Part shown: positions 12,101 through 24,800 of the stretch, piece by piece
Position numbering within the stretch: the first letter of the stretch is position 1
Layout: every line of letters starts with the position of its first letter
Assembly (NCBI GenBank): GCA_000708835.1
Contig: DF237282.1
Coordinates: 1 to 64,000, forward strand
DNA from: Klebsormidium nitens
Taxonomy: Eukaryota > Plantae > Klebsormidiophyceae
Reading direction: 5' to 3'
DNA length: 64,000 nucleotides
Program-made: the position numbers and the translations under genes
The notes under the pieces: generated by a model
Seen by the model: the letters and a program-made list of their open reading frames with translations, nothing else
Database searches by the model: none
What the model was told of the DNA's origin: nothing

Positions 12101-15100
12101 AAGGCCTGTTGACTATCTAGCAAATTTTGTAACATGGAGCCCAGCGCTGAACCACAGGCTGCTCTCGGCGCTGGCTAAAGCAAGATAATGGAGTCCTGGA
12201 TTTCAACAGCCAACCTCCCTTACCTCCTTGGTATGCTTCAGACTCCACACCCGGAAGATCTCACCCTTATTCTTCGAGTTGGCCCCGCTTCCGAACGGCT
12301 GCAAGTGAAAAGTACAGTGCGCAAATTTGAGCCGGAACGAGAACGACGAGAGTGGAGAAGACGTAACCTGCTGCCGTTTCCGGACGATGAAATGGGCGTC
12401 CTCTGCCGCGATTGTAAGTATTTCGTCAGAATCAGACAAAGAAAGAGAAAATTAGAAGACAGATAATGGTGGAAAACCTGCAAGGAAGGTAACTAGGCAA
12501 AACAGGGGCTTTACATTGAAAAGGAAGCTGTCGTTAAAAGCTCCTAGCTTCGAAGGAGCAGCGCTTTATCAGCAGCGTTCCTGTCTTGCTACAGATGAGC
12601 ACATCCTCCAGCGAGTCAAGTTGGTTACGTCGTGCTTGGGGCGAAGAGGACTTTCGTTCCTAGCGACGCAACTCTAGCAAGAATCTGAAATTTCAAGGGG
12701 GGAAGCTGCCAATCCGCGCTGAAAAGTTCGCTAAGCAGCCGGTATAATGAACCCCAAGTCCAATGCAATACGAGGAGGGAGTCCAGCCAAGCGCCTCTTC
12801 GTTGAAGAGTAGGACATTGCTTGGAGGATGACGAGTAAGTGGTGCTCAATCTTTGAACCTTCGACCACTGAACGGATTGGCTATGGTCCTGATTGGTCCG
12901 GAAACGGCGGATCTGGAAACGCATGTACAGGCAGCCTTGAAAGGCTCTTCAAACGCCTGATCGCCACCCTCGTAAAGTGGGCGGCGGCGGATGCATCCGA
13001 TGACGTCACAAAAGTGACCAACTATGCGCACATTGATCCTTTCGGTCGCCCAACATCCGTTGGGATGAAGGTCGACCGTCGACTCCAATTCAGAGTCGAG
13101 ATAGCTGGTCGCTGCAGCGTGCACGCCCCCACAACGCCCTCTTTGAACGCCAATTGAGATTCAAAGGATGCAGACAAGGAGTCCCCAGATGGTATACTCA
13201 AGTAAAACAAGTTTATTCCCACTCGCCTGGTCCGGGAAGAGGAAGAGGCTGCAGACGAAGATGGTAACCGGCACCACCATATACGCGAGGCAAACCAGTT
13301 GGAAGGGAATGCCGAATATGTCGACGGCCTGGCCGAAGGCGAACATGACGACGGCGGAGGAGTCGAAGGCCCCGTTCAGAGCGGCGATGATCATCTGCAG
13401 GTGCGGGAGGGGCGCGTCTGCTGAATAAGAGGGCCCCAGGCGAAACATGAACGTTTGGACTTGAACCTCAATGTAGTTTTGAGAATCAATTGAAATCTGA
13501 CCTTCTACTTGAACAGATAACCACGCAGAAATCTGGGTCAGAAGTGATTCAAAAGGGAAGGAAAGGCATGGGAGTCTGAAGGGGGACGGCAGCAGAGCTG
13601 AGCCTGAGCTGGCTCCTCGATCGACAGCGAGCGGGCAATTCAACCACCAGTGATTGCGGTAAAACCCAGGATCCGGGCTGAAACGTAAGGCGCGGAGGAA
13701 AAGAACAGGAATATTGTGCTTTTTCCTAATCAACCGGCTGGTGGACGCTCCATCTTCTCAACCCGTTTGCGGATTCCGAGCCGTGCAGGGCCCAACAAAA
13801 GGTGTTCCTAAAGCTCAATTACTGAAAGACGGCCAGGCCAGGTTGCGTCAAGCGGCCAGTCTTAGGCAAACACTGCACAGACTAAGGGAGACGCCTTACC
13901 GCCGAGGATTCGGGGAAGAGCTCCCCAAAGCAGATGAGGGAGTTGAAGATGCACGGTCCCGCCAGAGCCAGTAGAAAGTAGCCCAGGTAGTATAGCAGAG
14001 ACGACACGTGGGCGGCCATCGCGAGAGCCGCAAGACCTGTGGGGAGCGGAAAAGCGTTCTTTGCCTGTCTGCTTCTTGTTTAAAGTTGTAATCAATAACA
14101 ACTGAGTGGTAGGGGAAAGGAATAGTAGCGGAAAGAGTGGGAGCGGAAAGAGGGGTAGAGGGCAAAGAGTTGCAACGGAAAGGAAGGCAAGTAGCCAAGT
14201 AGTACAGCAGAAAGACACGTGGGCCGCCATTGCGAGCGCTGCCAAACCTGTGAGAGCAGAAAGATCATGGGGGAAAAGAACAGTAGCGGAAAGCGTGGAA
14301 GCGGAAAGAGTGGTAGCGGAAAAATCGTAGCGGAAAAGGGCGGTAGCGGAAAAGGGCGGCTGCGGAAAGGGGTGGTAGCGGAAAAGGGCGGTAGCGGAAG
14401 AGGGGGGTAGCAGAAAAGGGCGGTAGCGAAAAGAAAGGCGGCAAGATTCTACAATCCGTGGCGGCGGAAGGGGGGAAAAAAGCACGCGAGCAAGGCAGAG
14501 GACAACTGTCCCTCGACTGTGGAGGCCGGACTGAGGGGCGCGAACTTCTGGTAAAGGAGAAGAGCGTAGCGCGGTTTCACAATAGCGGTTGACAAAAGGA
14601 CACTCGAGCAGGGGCAGAAAGCGGCTTGACGGAAATTTCACGTGAGGCAAAGTGTTGGAGACGACCGCGAGGGCCGCCGAGAACTGTTCGCCCCTAGTGA
14701 TAGTGACAGCTTTCACATCGTGAAACTTTACGGATCTGCTTGATGCTACGACACCTTTCGCTGGACTAGCGCTCACTGGATGTCAATCCGCACAAACGAA
14801 CAAGAGAGTACCCTTGACATCGGAGTAGTTGGATACTCGGGTTGCGTGCTGCGTTCAGCAAGAAGCGAAGATTGGAGCAAGTGACCGAACGTGGAGTCGA
14901 GATTGGAGAATCTCATGAACGATATGTGAGGAACGTCTCAGGAACTCTTAACGCTAGCCCCGATTCCTGGTGTAAAGTATCCAGATGTCATTGAGGGAGC
15001 GCCTCTGACTTGCTGGACCCTGGCTTTCACGAACACAAAGATCAAGGATCCGACGCAAGCCTTGATCCGCGGCGGGGCCAAACGAAGACGCGGACACGCT

Positions 15101-17442
15101 CAAAAGATGGCGCATCTCAATACTCTGCAGTCACCAAACTGCATCCGGTTGCAACATGTCCCTGGAGAGCCTTAACTCTCGACTTCGAGACAATATCACT
15201 TACCAAAGCGAAGATCATTGACCAAACGCAAGCCGGGATCTTAGGCCCAAAGCAGTCCAAGAACATCCTCCACAAAGGCGGCGCTTTCAGATGCTCTTCG
15301 CACCGTTTGCATCTGGCTGTTCAGAACATCGAGAATCAACACTCACCGAAAGCAAGAATGATCGACCCGACGCAAGCCGTGATCCGTGGACCGAAGTAAT
15401 CGAGAAACATCCCCACGAAAACGGCGCATCCGGATTCTCTGCGGCTTCTTAAATTGCCTCTCGTTCACGATATGTGCGCCTCTCAAAAGGATGATCCCGT
15501 TCGTGAGACCAGTATTACATTATCAGAATCCGGCAGTTACCGAAAGCGAAGATGATCGACCTAATGCACGACGTGATCCGCGGCCGGAAGGGGTCGAGGA
15601 CCATCGCCACAGTGATGGCGCATCCCAAAATTGTTAAATTCTTGTGCACGGAAAGTCTGCTTTTAGGGACGGCTTTCTTAAAATACCTCTACTACTCACC
15701 GAAAGCGAAGATGATCGAGCCAACGCAGGCCGTGATCCGTGGCCCGAAGTAGTCAAAGAACATCCTCACAAAGATGGCGCATCCCGAGATCGTGACATTT
15801 TCGTGCGGAACCTTTTGCACAGTATCGTATCAGGGACGGTTTTCCAAGAATCACCTCTTCTCCACTCACCGAAAGCAAAGATGATCGACCCCACGCAAGC
15901 TGTTATCCAGGGCCCGAAGTAGTCGAGGAACATCCCCACAAAGATGGCACATCCCGAGGTTGCTTCATCGATCCCAGAGCAGATTGTTCAAAAAGTCGAA
16001 GTCAGGGAACGTTTCCCAACCATCAGCTCTAGTACTCACCGAAACCGAAGATGATCGACCCAACGCACGCCGTGATCCGCGGCCCGAAGTAGTCCAGGAA
16101 CATCCCCACAAAGATGGCGCACCCCGAAATTGTGGTCGCCGCAATGGTGTACATAAGCGTGAGGCGGTCCGTCTGTGCGTGGCACGGGGGCGGCCCCTCG
16201 CAGAACTCCGCAAACGCCTTGACGTCATAGACGAAAACCTTGATCAGGCCGGAGTAGCCAAAGACGATGCCTGCGCAAATGGAGGGGCAAAGTACTCTTG
16301 TCAGAGTTCTAGAGCGTCAGACACAGAAGTCGGGGGCTCATATACTCACACCTAAATATCGGTTTGAATGGAAGCTGATTATTGAACTAAGGAGTGTAGA
16401 AAAGCTCTGGTGTGCTTAAGGGCCGTCTTCAAGTTGGTCTTGACGACGGAACTCAAGCCGATACTGACGAAATGGCTGCAAATGAAAAGGAACATCCTGA
16501 AGATACTGATGGGTGTCGAGTTCTGAGGATCAATCGATAGTTGGCCGGATCCTGGTCTTTCTGCGGCGGTCAATTTCTGAGGTGATTCGAGCATGGGAAA
16601 ACCAAAACGTCCCTGGAAGGTAGTTGGCGGGCTCATGTGAGCCTTAACATCTGAAAGGATGGTCTGGATAACTCGAGGAAATGAAGGCTTCGCTTAAGGC
16701 AGTCCGTGTGGAAGCGCCTGACCCTCCCATCTTCATGAGCTTTCTGACCGTCTCTGTTTTGAGCATAGCTTGTTATTGTTTTTGGCAGTTTGACAGGCGG
16801 ATTGACTGAAACTCCTAAAGATCATACCCAGCGCTACCGTTGCAGAAACCAAAGTCTATGGCTCTGTAGTCCAGGTATCGAGTCAGCATCTCTGATCAGT
16901 CTGAGATTGCAGTTGGGCTTCTGCATTCATGTTCCACTAGAAGAGTCTAAGCCTCAGACCCCTGATAAAACTTGGGGTCTAAGCCGCAAAAAAGGGCTCT
17001 GGCATGACTGCAAAGGAGGGCTGTAAAATCTCAAAATGTTGAGGTAAAAAGGCTTTGAAAGTTTGAAATTTGAGCACTTCTATAAGATGAGAACCACAAA
17101 TGCGCCACTATACCTAAGCTCAGAGTTGCCGACAGACTCGTTTCTCGCTGGCGCCCTCGACATGCGACCGGGTCTCTTACAGCAGCGCCAAGGCTGAGAG
17201 TCTGGAAACCTAGTAGGAAAGCATAACAATCTTCCAAGGCCAGTGTCCTACGAAAACACTGCGCAACTACGTTTGAAGCGCGTCAAACTTCAGAATAGGG
17301 GACTTGGAAACTTCAGCTGGCTGTTAAAGTGGAAGACTTGCCACTTACCTGAAGTCAGAAAAGCAAAGACCACAGCCACAAGGGCAAGGAAGTACTTTGT
17401 GGAGGTGGATTCCCCCCCGGGGACTCGGTGCATGAACCCCAT
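9157..17442 (-). CDS. Major facilitator superfamily transporter, SLC43/FMP42-like, 7 exons (17349-17442, 16040-16270, 13900-14036, 13227-13394, 10902-11172, 10243-10406, 9157-9504), 470 aa
   Basis: Spliced CDS is 1413 nt with all phases consistent. Motifs include GIVFGYSGL, MFS motif A region GMFLDYFGPR, LALAGPCIF, AALNGAFDSS, FTQQLKSGIFW..LRVNFYIATI, LPFGGVLMVPFVG and LFGFRNFGKLFG; many hydrophobic TM segments. Family assignment is from recalled motifs. Confidence 0.88.
11090..11790 (-). repeat. Tandem ~150 bp duplications of the splice acceptor plus 5' end of MFS exon 5 (4 clear copies, 1 diverged)
   Basis: cag|GT(A/G)A(C/T)GA(A/G)GGCC...GGCGACAAGCCGCA copies start at 11172 (real exon), 11322, 11473 and 11619; diverged AEAAVLLFTDL copy near 11730-11780. 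Confidence 0.9.
14120..14430. repeat. Intronic minisatellite of ~15 bp units (GGTAGCGGAAAAGGG-like), interleaved with a partial duplicate of the MFS exon 3 acceptor (start 14247)
   Basis: Repeated tagcggaaa motif. 14195-14260 matches 13985-14045 (GLAALAMAAHVS) with frameshifts. Confidence 0.85.
15028..16135 (-). repeat. Seven-copy ~170 bp tandem array of the 3' end of MFS exon 2 plus its donor site
   Basis: GCAIFVGMFLDYFGPRITACVGSIIFxF-G|GT(G/A)A units with donors at 16039 (real), 15869, 15699, 15540, 15346, 15203 and 15030. Confidence 0.92.
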
Positions 17443-18056
17443 TGCTACTTTCGCTTCCGCTCGCAGACTGGGGTATGGACCTGTCTTTGCGAATCTCTGC
17501 TCCCCTGCTTCTTTAAATGCGCCCCGTGTTGATTGTCTTAGATCCTTCACCACAATGATTGCTTCTCTCGACTGCGGCTACTCAACTGGACCTGTTCGTG
17601 TGACCAGCGCGTTCACAGGAGAGGACTCCTCCTTTGGACATCTGGTAGATTAACGATTGAAAACCTGCATAAAATGAGTTGTGCTGTGTTCAGAGCATGC
17701 GTATGTGGTGGTACAGACTCTCTTTCCTCTTTAGTAACGACGGTAACTCCGAAGAATGTATTATTCTCATCATTTATTGTTTCTGCCAAAGTCAATTGCA
17801 AACCGTTGTCTAGAAGCAAAGGAGCAATGATCTGCGTGTCAGAGTTCTCTTTAGGTGTTCGCCTGTGTAAAGTATGTTCACTGTTTTGTCAGATGGCAGC
17901 ATTTGATGCACTGAGAGTGACTGACAAGTGTCCAAAGAGGCACTTGTACTATACAAATTTTTTTTGGGCAATGCAGACTTGGCACTTATAAACGGCATAT
18001 GTACTCAACATTATGTAGCCAAACCGTATGCCGCTTTGCCAAATGATGAATCTTCA

Positions 18057-18098
18057 TCTATATAACCCTGGGTGACAGATTACCCAGGGTTATATAGA
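18057..18098. repeat. Perfect 17 bp inverted repeat with 8 bp spacer
   Basis: tctatataaccctgggt-gacagatt-acccagggttatataga. Confidence 0.9.
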
Positions 18099-19005
18099 CT
18101 GATTATCTGATGCTGCGGCCTTTCCATGCACAGTAATAACAGCTCCAGACTAAATTAACATGACCAATTCAATCAAGCCTACTCAGTCAGTATTTATGTG
18201 CATGGCCAGGGATTTGTCAATCAACAGCGAGAGGGGGCCAATCTGTGAATGTGAGTCAGACTTGCAGGTCTGTGATGTGGCTGAGTACTTCACAAGGAAA
18301 CAAGATATACAGGTATATTTGAGCACGGCTTGATGAACTTTGACACCTTCAACCTTTACAAGGTATTTGTCGAACTCGCCACAAATAGGAGCATTCCAGC
18401 TGCAAGGAATGAGTCCAGAGTTGGCGAATGCAACAACTGAGGGGCAGAGATGAGCTCAGGTGAGGCAACTAAAAAGTCCATTCAATGTCCAAGTCGCCAT
18501 AATCAGTCTTTGCCTATAACCTAGACAAGGTGTGCAATTCGACTAAACTGACCTTGGAATTCTCAGATAAGGAGCATCTTCACGGACGAAGCCTTTAATA
18601 ATGCCTTGATCTTTGCCTATTATCCGATCTTTGGCTTGTCCAGGAATTGCAAGCTATCTCATGAGCTGAACCTGAGGTGCATTCAAGCGCTCAGGATTGC
18701 CAACATTGTAGGTACCAGCACGTCAATGTATTGTTTAGGTTATCACTGGTCAGATTGATCAAGGTCAAGCTAGCTAGCAAGAGAAACCGTCCCAACCCCA
18801 GATCCCCGGCCCCCCAGATTATCTCCCCAAAATCTGGGAGCTAAGCCCTGCAAAGGTATACCTTAGCATGATGGTTGCTTCCTCAGTTTACTGGACCTCT
18901 TTCTTGTCTTAGAGCAGATGATGTTACTTGTCTCTCTTTCATTGGTGCATTGTGGAGAACCTCAATGATAAGAGAGGCTGCCGCGGCTGCCTAATTTCCT
19001 CACGA

Positions 19006-19204
19006 TGCTCAAGATTCCTCCACCTGTTCAATGTGTTGCAAAGGAGGAGCCATGCAGTCTCAGAGTACTCAGAGCGGAGAAAAGCCACGAAGTGGAGAAA
19101 TCTGGAGCAACTAAAATGGGCGCCGCGGCGCCGCCGGCCAGTGCAACAGAAGCCTATCATCCCTGTAGGCTGTAGGTATATGATAGGCTTCTGTACAGTG
19201 CACA
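19006..19204. other. Two adjacent fold-back hairpins, candidate structured or small-RNA locus
   Basis: 19006-19025 pairs with 19090-19109 (17/20 Watson-Crick); 19146-19160 pairs perfectly with 19180-19194 (acagaagcctatcat/atgataggcttctgt). Confidence 0.5.
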
Positions 19205-19879
19205 CTGGATGCACTGTCTTGCACAGTGATGTCATCTTGGGACGCTGGTGACCACGTGGTCCACGGGAAAACTTGTCGGCAGATCGGACGGTACGGTCTT
19301 TCCGAGGGTTTTGTGTCAGAAATAATCGCGGGGCGCGGCCGCCGCTGGGGGCGGTCGCGGACTGCTGGACAGCTAGAGCTGAACATGGAAGAAGAGCCAT
19401 GCATGCCATGATGCAGCTGCCCATTGGAATCATTGAATCTGGTCATTATTGTTTAACTTGAAGTTATGAAGTACCATGCAGATGATCGAGTGATCGACTA
19501 TGTTTCTGATGGAATACCTATCTTCACTGAAGAGCTGAGTAGCGCACGTCCGCCAGCTGTACTCCTGCGAACCACGGTACGTGTTGCGGTACATGTTTGA
19601 GTATACGTAGGTACATGTCCGAATCCTCTAGTGAGCGGTATTGTTGGGGTATCCAAACGGCGCAGGACGTCGGCCAGAGCATTCCATGAATCTACGCAGA
19701 GAGTAGTAGCTTTAGCGATACGTTTGGAGATGAGATAGCACCCTTTGGGCAAGTACAGGAATGTGCCACACTTGACTCATTCAATCTGGACACTTTATAA
19801 CCGATCAAATCTGAGAAAAGTGGCGGCGTCCCGCGATTGGGCCACGACTTGCCTAGTACTTTCCCTGTCCTAGACATCC

Positions 19880-20660
19880 TCAGACTTCAAAATCGGATTG
19901 GCCAGGAGCGGGAAGAGCTGGCCAGCAGGCTGCGAGAAAGAGGACTCGCAGCCAGCCAAGGATTGTTTTTGGATTGTTCCAACTTTCCAAAAACCTTGCC
20001 ATGGAACGCAATAGAAAGGACTCCGCTTGAATATTCTTCAGATTGAGCATGTGACGGATCAAAGGCAGTTGAAGTGCTGAAACGCGAACATGAGGGCCAG
20101 ATAGCCATTGTCGAAGCTTCGGAGGAGAACGGTAGGTTACACTAGAAAGAGCGATCAGGACTGGGATCAAATCATCAGGACCGCACTAGCGTGCGTATCC
20201 CTGTGCTCGTGGACTGCCTTCCCAAAGTATTCCGCAAATACCAAACGTCTTTGTCAAACGATGACAAGATTGTTGTAGCAAAGAGCTTCAACATGCTAGT
20301 TCTCTTAGGTGGGGTGGCATGCTTAGAGTCGAGCATCAGCGCTGCCTCTGCGAAGTACTGCCTACAGATGTAAAGGAACCAGGTACCATGCTGAACGTTC
20401 TGGTAGTCTGGCAGGCAAATTAGCTGCCTCAGTTTTGGCCTCGTTTTGGCGGCAATCCCTCTCGAGTCTGCGCACAAGCTGCGCCCGAATCAGGAGGCCA
20501 GAACCAAAAACGCCCACGACTAGTACGTCCGGTTTCCACGTGCCATCTGGAAGCACGTGGATTTATTTCGGAGCTCTCCGTCGGATCGCGTCTGTCAGAG
20601 GGTGTACGAGTTGAAGAGAAGATGGGGGTGCGTATTCCATGCGAGTTGATCCTGGCAACA
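19880..20660 (-). pseudogene. Possible decayed BTB/POZ-BACK (POB1-like) gene fragment
   Basis: Fragments in shifting frames, YAPPSSLQLVHPLTDAIRR, LIALSS/NLPFSSEASTMAIW and LPLIRHML, resemble recalled BACK-domain motifs (LPSS..QPLTDAAK, ILSSDDLQVASE, LIRFP). Stops and frameshifts lie between them. Confidence 0.3.
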
Positions 20661-21831
20661 TACTGCAAGCAAGTCTGTGGCTTGTAAAACTCGTAATGCC
20701 AGATCAGTCAAATCAGTGCCTTGACGCCCCATAGACGCCTAGACGCTGGTACATCGTACGTTGTACGTATGCGAATGACGCTACGGCGATGTCGGTCACG
20801 AAGAAAATAATCCGTACGTGACGCGAATCTCATGCCACCCTGTTGCGCCCCACTCGTTCGTTACCACAATACAAGATGCGTTGTGATCGGCCAAAACGCA
20901 CATAAACACAGACACCATGCAATTCGTAGTTGGCCGGGGCATGAAATTCTGAAACTCTATTATGCACACCACAAGAGTATTTGCAGATTGTTGAGTCGGC
21001 GGTTGCAGTTTACGAGCGCTGCATTGGATGACTGGCAGGACCGTCCTAGCTAGCAGCATAGCCTATAAGGCCCGAGGTTGGTGGCCGTGGGGCTCCGATC
21101 ATTCGCTCAATTTCCTGGCCCGTCGCTGAGTACTCAATTCACTGACTCGCAGTCTAGCGGTGGTCATGGCGAGGTTTACTAATTTTCCAACATTGAATGG
21201 ATGTTGTCACATGATGCGAGTGAGTAAAGGGCGATTCAATGATTGATTGAACGGAGTGTGTGTATCCAAGGTCAGACGGACCCTGTGTGAACTTCAGTGT
21301 CCGGCGAACTTGTACAACATTGGAAAGATCCTTACGAAGCTAAGGTCCAGACTATGTAACCGCGTGGCTGCGCATTTGTTCATTGCCATTCCAAACTGCA
21401 GATTCGAACTTAGGCTCCATGCAGGTACCGTATACTCGAAGTTCAAACGAACTTACCAATTTGCAGCCAGAGCCAGATGACGACAACCAACGTATTCTGC
21501 TTTGTCCACCCCAACTTGGAAGGCGGAAGTCAGATCGAACTAGGAAAACTGCGGAACAGTTTGGAACCGCATTCAATGATTTGAAACGGCCATTCAGCCG
21601 TTTCATATGGCCAAATTTGAGCGAAACAGCTGTTTCTGAATGGAATACAATACATTTCGACCCCTTACGATACATTGACCAACTCTAAAGTACAAATTGC
21701 TCTTCCCCGTCTCCTAGCTGACTGCCAAAATCCTCGCTCTGCGTGTAAGATGAGATGATCCTCATAAGCGCAAACCTGATCTCCGTGATTCGACCAGTAA
21801 AACTAACCCCGTTCGATGCACGTTATCGAAT

Positions 21832-24800
21832 CTATCTCATTTGCGCTGGGCTAGTCATTGGATGGCCGGGAGGAATGTAGCTGTCGTTCCCTCGAGGACC
21901 CATCTTCTCATGACCGTGCATCCCCGTCAGCTTTGCCTCCCCCAGGATGTGCCCCTCCATTGCGTCTTCCAGAACGGGCTTGGTAATCTGCACCAGGAAC
22001 GGTACGTCTTTTCTCGATTTGAAACCCTGAGATGAACCACCTCATCAATGCTTTATCGACTTTCTCTCTGGCTTACCTTTCACACCGCCCACCGCCCTCC
22101 TCCGACAGAGTATGGCAAGCGGCTGGTATAAACCCAATTTGGAATCCCGCATTACTTCGGCCAACTGCTTTCGAGCAGGAATCCGCAACCCTCGAGAAGC
22201 ATATATGGCTCCAATCTACCGAGAACAAGCAGCGCGTCATGCCTGACCAGAATCTGACCAGATTCAGAATCTCAGAAGGGGAAGGAGAAAAGCAAAGCGA
22301 TAAAACAAAGTGCGAGCGAGTTTGGCATCTCGTCGACTGCATCTCAAATGCCCCATCCAACCCCTTATCAGACTGCCCCTAAGCAAAATACCCCGGTCGA
22401 GCCGATCCTTCCGTGCAGCATTTCAGACGACTGAAAAGTCGATTCTATCAACTCCGACGACCAAAATTTCAAACCTGACCACTCTGTGCCTCGTTTGGCA
22501 TTCCTCAATCAAGTGCTGAGCACTTTCTGTCAAGCCTTTCTGGTGGTCAATACCTCTTCCCGTTCTACTAGACCTCGATTGAAGCCGGCAGGAACGAGGG
22601 AGCAATATGGAACGAGAATATATACGAGCCGTTACATACAGATCCCTACCTTGTTGGGCAGCTTCTCGAACATCTTGTCGAGCGCGTACAGCCGGATCTC
22701 GAAGCGATGGGCAGCGGCGGTCGGCGGCGCGGGCCCCCGGTACCCCGGCTGCTTGAAGTCGTTGTACCCCTCAGCGATGCCCTGGTGCTCCTTCTTGATC
22801 TCGCTCTCGTCCAGGCCGTGCACCCGGAAGTTCTCCGGCAGACCTGGTAAGGGAGGGTTAAAGGCGGTTAAGCGGGGGGGAGAACGGGTCAGATCCGGAA
22901 CCCCAGATGATCATAGGTCACCTCGGTCAACGGCTAAGATACTTCAATTCTTATGCCTTGTGCCCTCGTGCCCTGGTGCTCCTTCTTGAACTCGCTCTCG
23001 TCCAGGCCGTGCACCCGGAAGTTCTCCGGCAAATCTGGTTGAGGAAATGGTTAGACTCGGGTTAGGAAGGATTAGAAGGCACCCAAAAATGATTCCGCTC
23101 TTTTCGCTCGCTGGTTGTAGTGTGCGTTTCATCATCTTACAGAACCCTGGTGCTCCTTCTTGCTCCCACTCTCGTCCAGGCCGTGCACCCGATAGTTCTC
23201 TAGCAAATCTGGTCAAGGAAGTGGTTCAGGTTTAGTTAGGTCCGGGTTAGAGCGGGTCGTAGTCGACATAGTTTCCACTCCGTCAAGCGGTAATCAACAT
23301 ATGCTCTGTGCCTCTTGAGGGATCCTGGTGCTCCTTCTTGATGTAGCTCTCGTCCAGGCCGTGCACGCGGAAGTTGTCCACAAACCTGGGTAAGGATCTA
23401 CAAAGTGCTTGCCCTTCATTGTGGCTAGTAAGTTGTGAAAACTGATTGAGTGCCCTGAGGTACCTAATCGAGTCCGCTCGCGACTAGAGTTCGCACCCCG
23501 GAACTCTTGAGTAACCCCTTCAAAACGAGCACTTACACCGTGTTTGCTTCACAAGACCGTAGAGATGGTGCCAGCTTGAGAAAAAGTAGCTCTTGTATCC
23601 CTTTGTGAGGACCCTGGTGCTTCCTACCAGCACCAGAATCTCACCCTAGCTCAGCCCCTCCACCCGGAAACCGCCCCACAGACTTTGATAGTATAATGGG
23701 TTGACTTTGTCAGCCACATAATATAATGGATGACTGGCTAGGACAGCTTCCCCCTTGCAAAAGCCCTGGCCACAACTAGTGGGTTCGACCTAATTGATAT
23801 TTCGCGGTTCTTTCTTACGCAACAGCTTCAGACGACCAATTTGCTAGGGACACTGTGGAAAATGAGATTTAGGAATGCGGGACGGAGAATTCGGTGATAA
23901 AGACACGGCTGCAAGTATGGTTCTAAAACCTGACACTGTGAAGAAGTCTTCTGAGACAAACCTGTGGACAATAACCACAGAGACAGCTTCTACTGGAGAA
24001 ACGGTTTCTCTGACAGAGCTGTGCAGTAGTCTCACCATGAAGAGTGGGAGGGATATTGACCACAACCCAATGGACCCAGGGCACAATTGGAGAGTCCGGG
24101 TCAGGAGCATCTGCAGGAAAGAGGCATCATCCAATTTGTACCAACTTCCAGTCATTGAGCAATTGCGAAAACACGAGCTTGACACCAGCACTTTCCACTG
24201 AGTATTCTTTGCCAAACAAGAAGTCTCGTGTTGCGCATCTATGAGCACTGCGGCTGAAAGCACTATCCCAGGTTCAATGCTGCAACAATAGGGGCGGCAA
24301 TGGAAAACCAAAGCTAGTTCGGTAGAAGAGACTGCCGGGTCGCCTAATTTAGGAGCTCTTCTGAATCCTGCTTCGTCCTTCCTCTGATCCGTAACAAATG
24401 TCAGAGCTCAATCGATCAATCTCCAGCTTTAACAATCAGAGTGTTTTGGCTCCAACTTTATTGACTAGTGTGCTTTGACAGTCATGCACGGTGCTGCCAG
24501 CATAACGACGGAATAGCTTCAAGTAAACAGGTCAGCTTTTCACTTGCTGGACGAAGCCAGACCCTTGGAGTCTGGCTTCGACAACAGAACAAACGAGGGG
24601 CACATTCTCCAGTCCACTCGCAGAACTGCCAGATTGGAAACCTGACCGTCAAATTGTCCGATTACACAATTAACAACTCGAAAAGAGGGAGCTGTCTGAT
24701 GCGACTCACCTAAGTCTTCCATGATGAGCGCCAGGCTTTCTGTCCCCTGCATATGAGTGGACCCTTTAGAGAGGCCTTTTCGAGTGTTCTCAGTGTTCAA

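Noticed and set aside
13862-14776. 304 aa ORF
   Set aside because: Runs through a stop-poor minisatellite and intron sequence and overlaps MFS exon 3 out of frame.
15028-16135. CRISPR array or a set of short + strand ORFs (MIDPTQAVIRGPK)
   Set aside because: The repeat is the antisense of a duplicated MFS exon end; the + strand ORFs are shadows.
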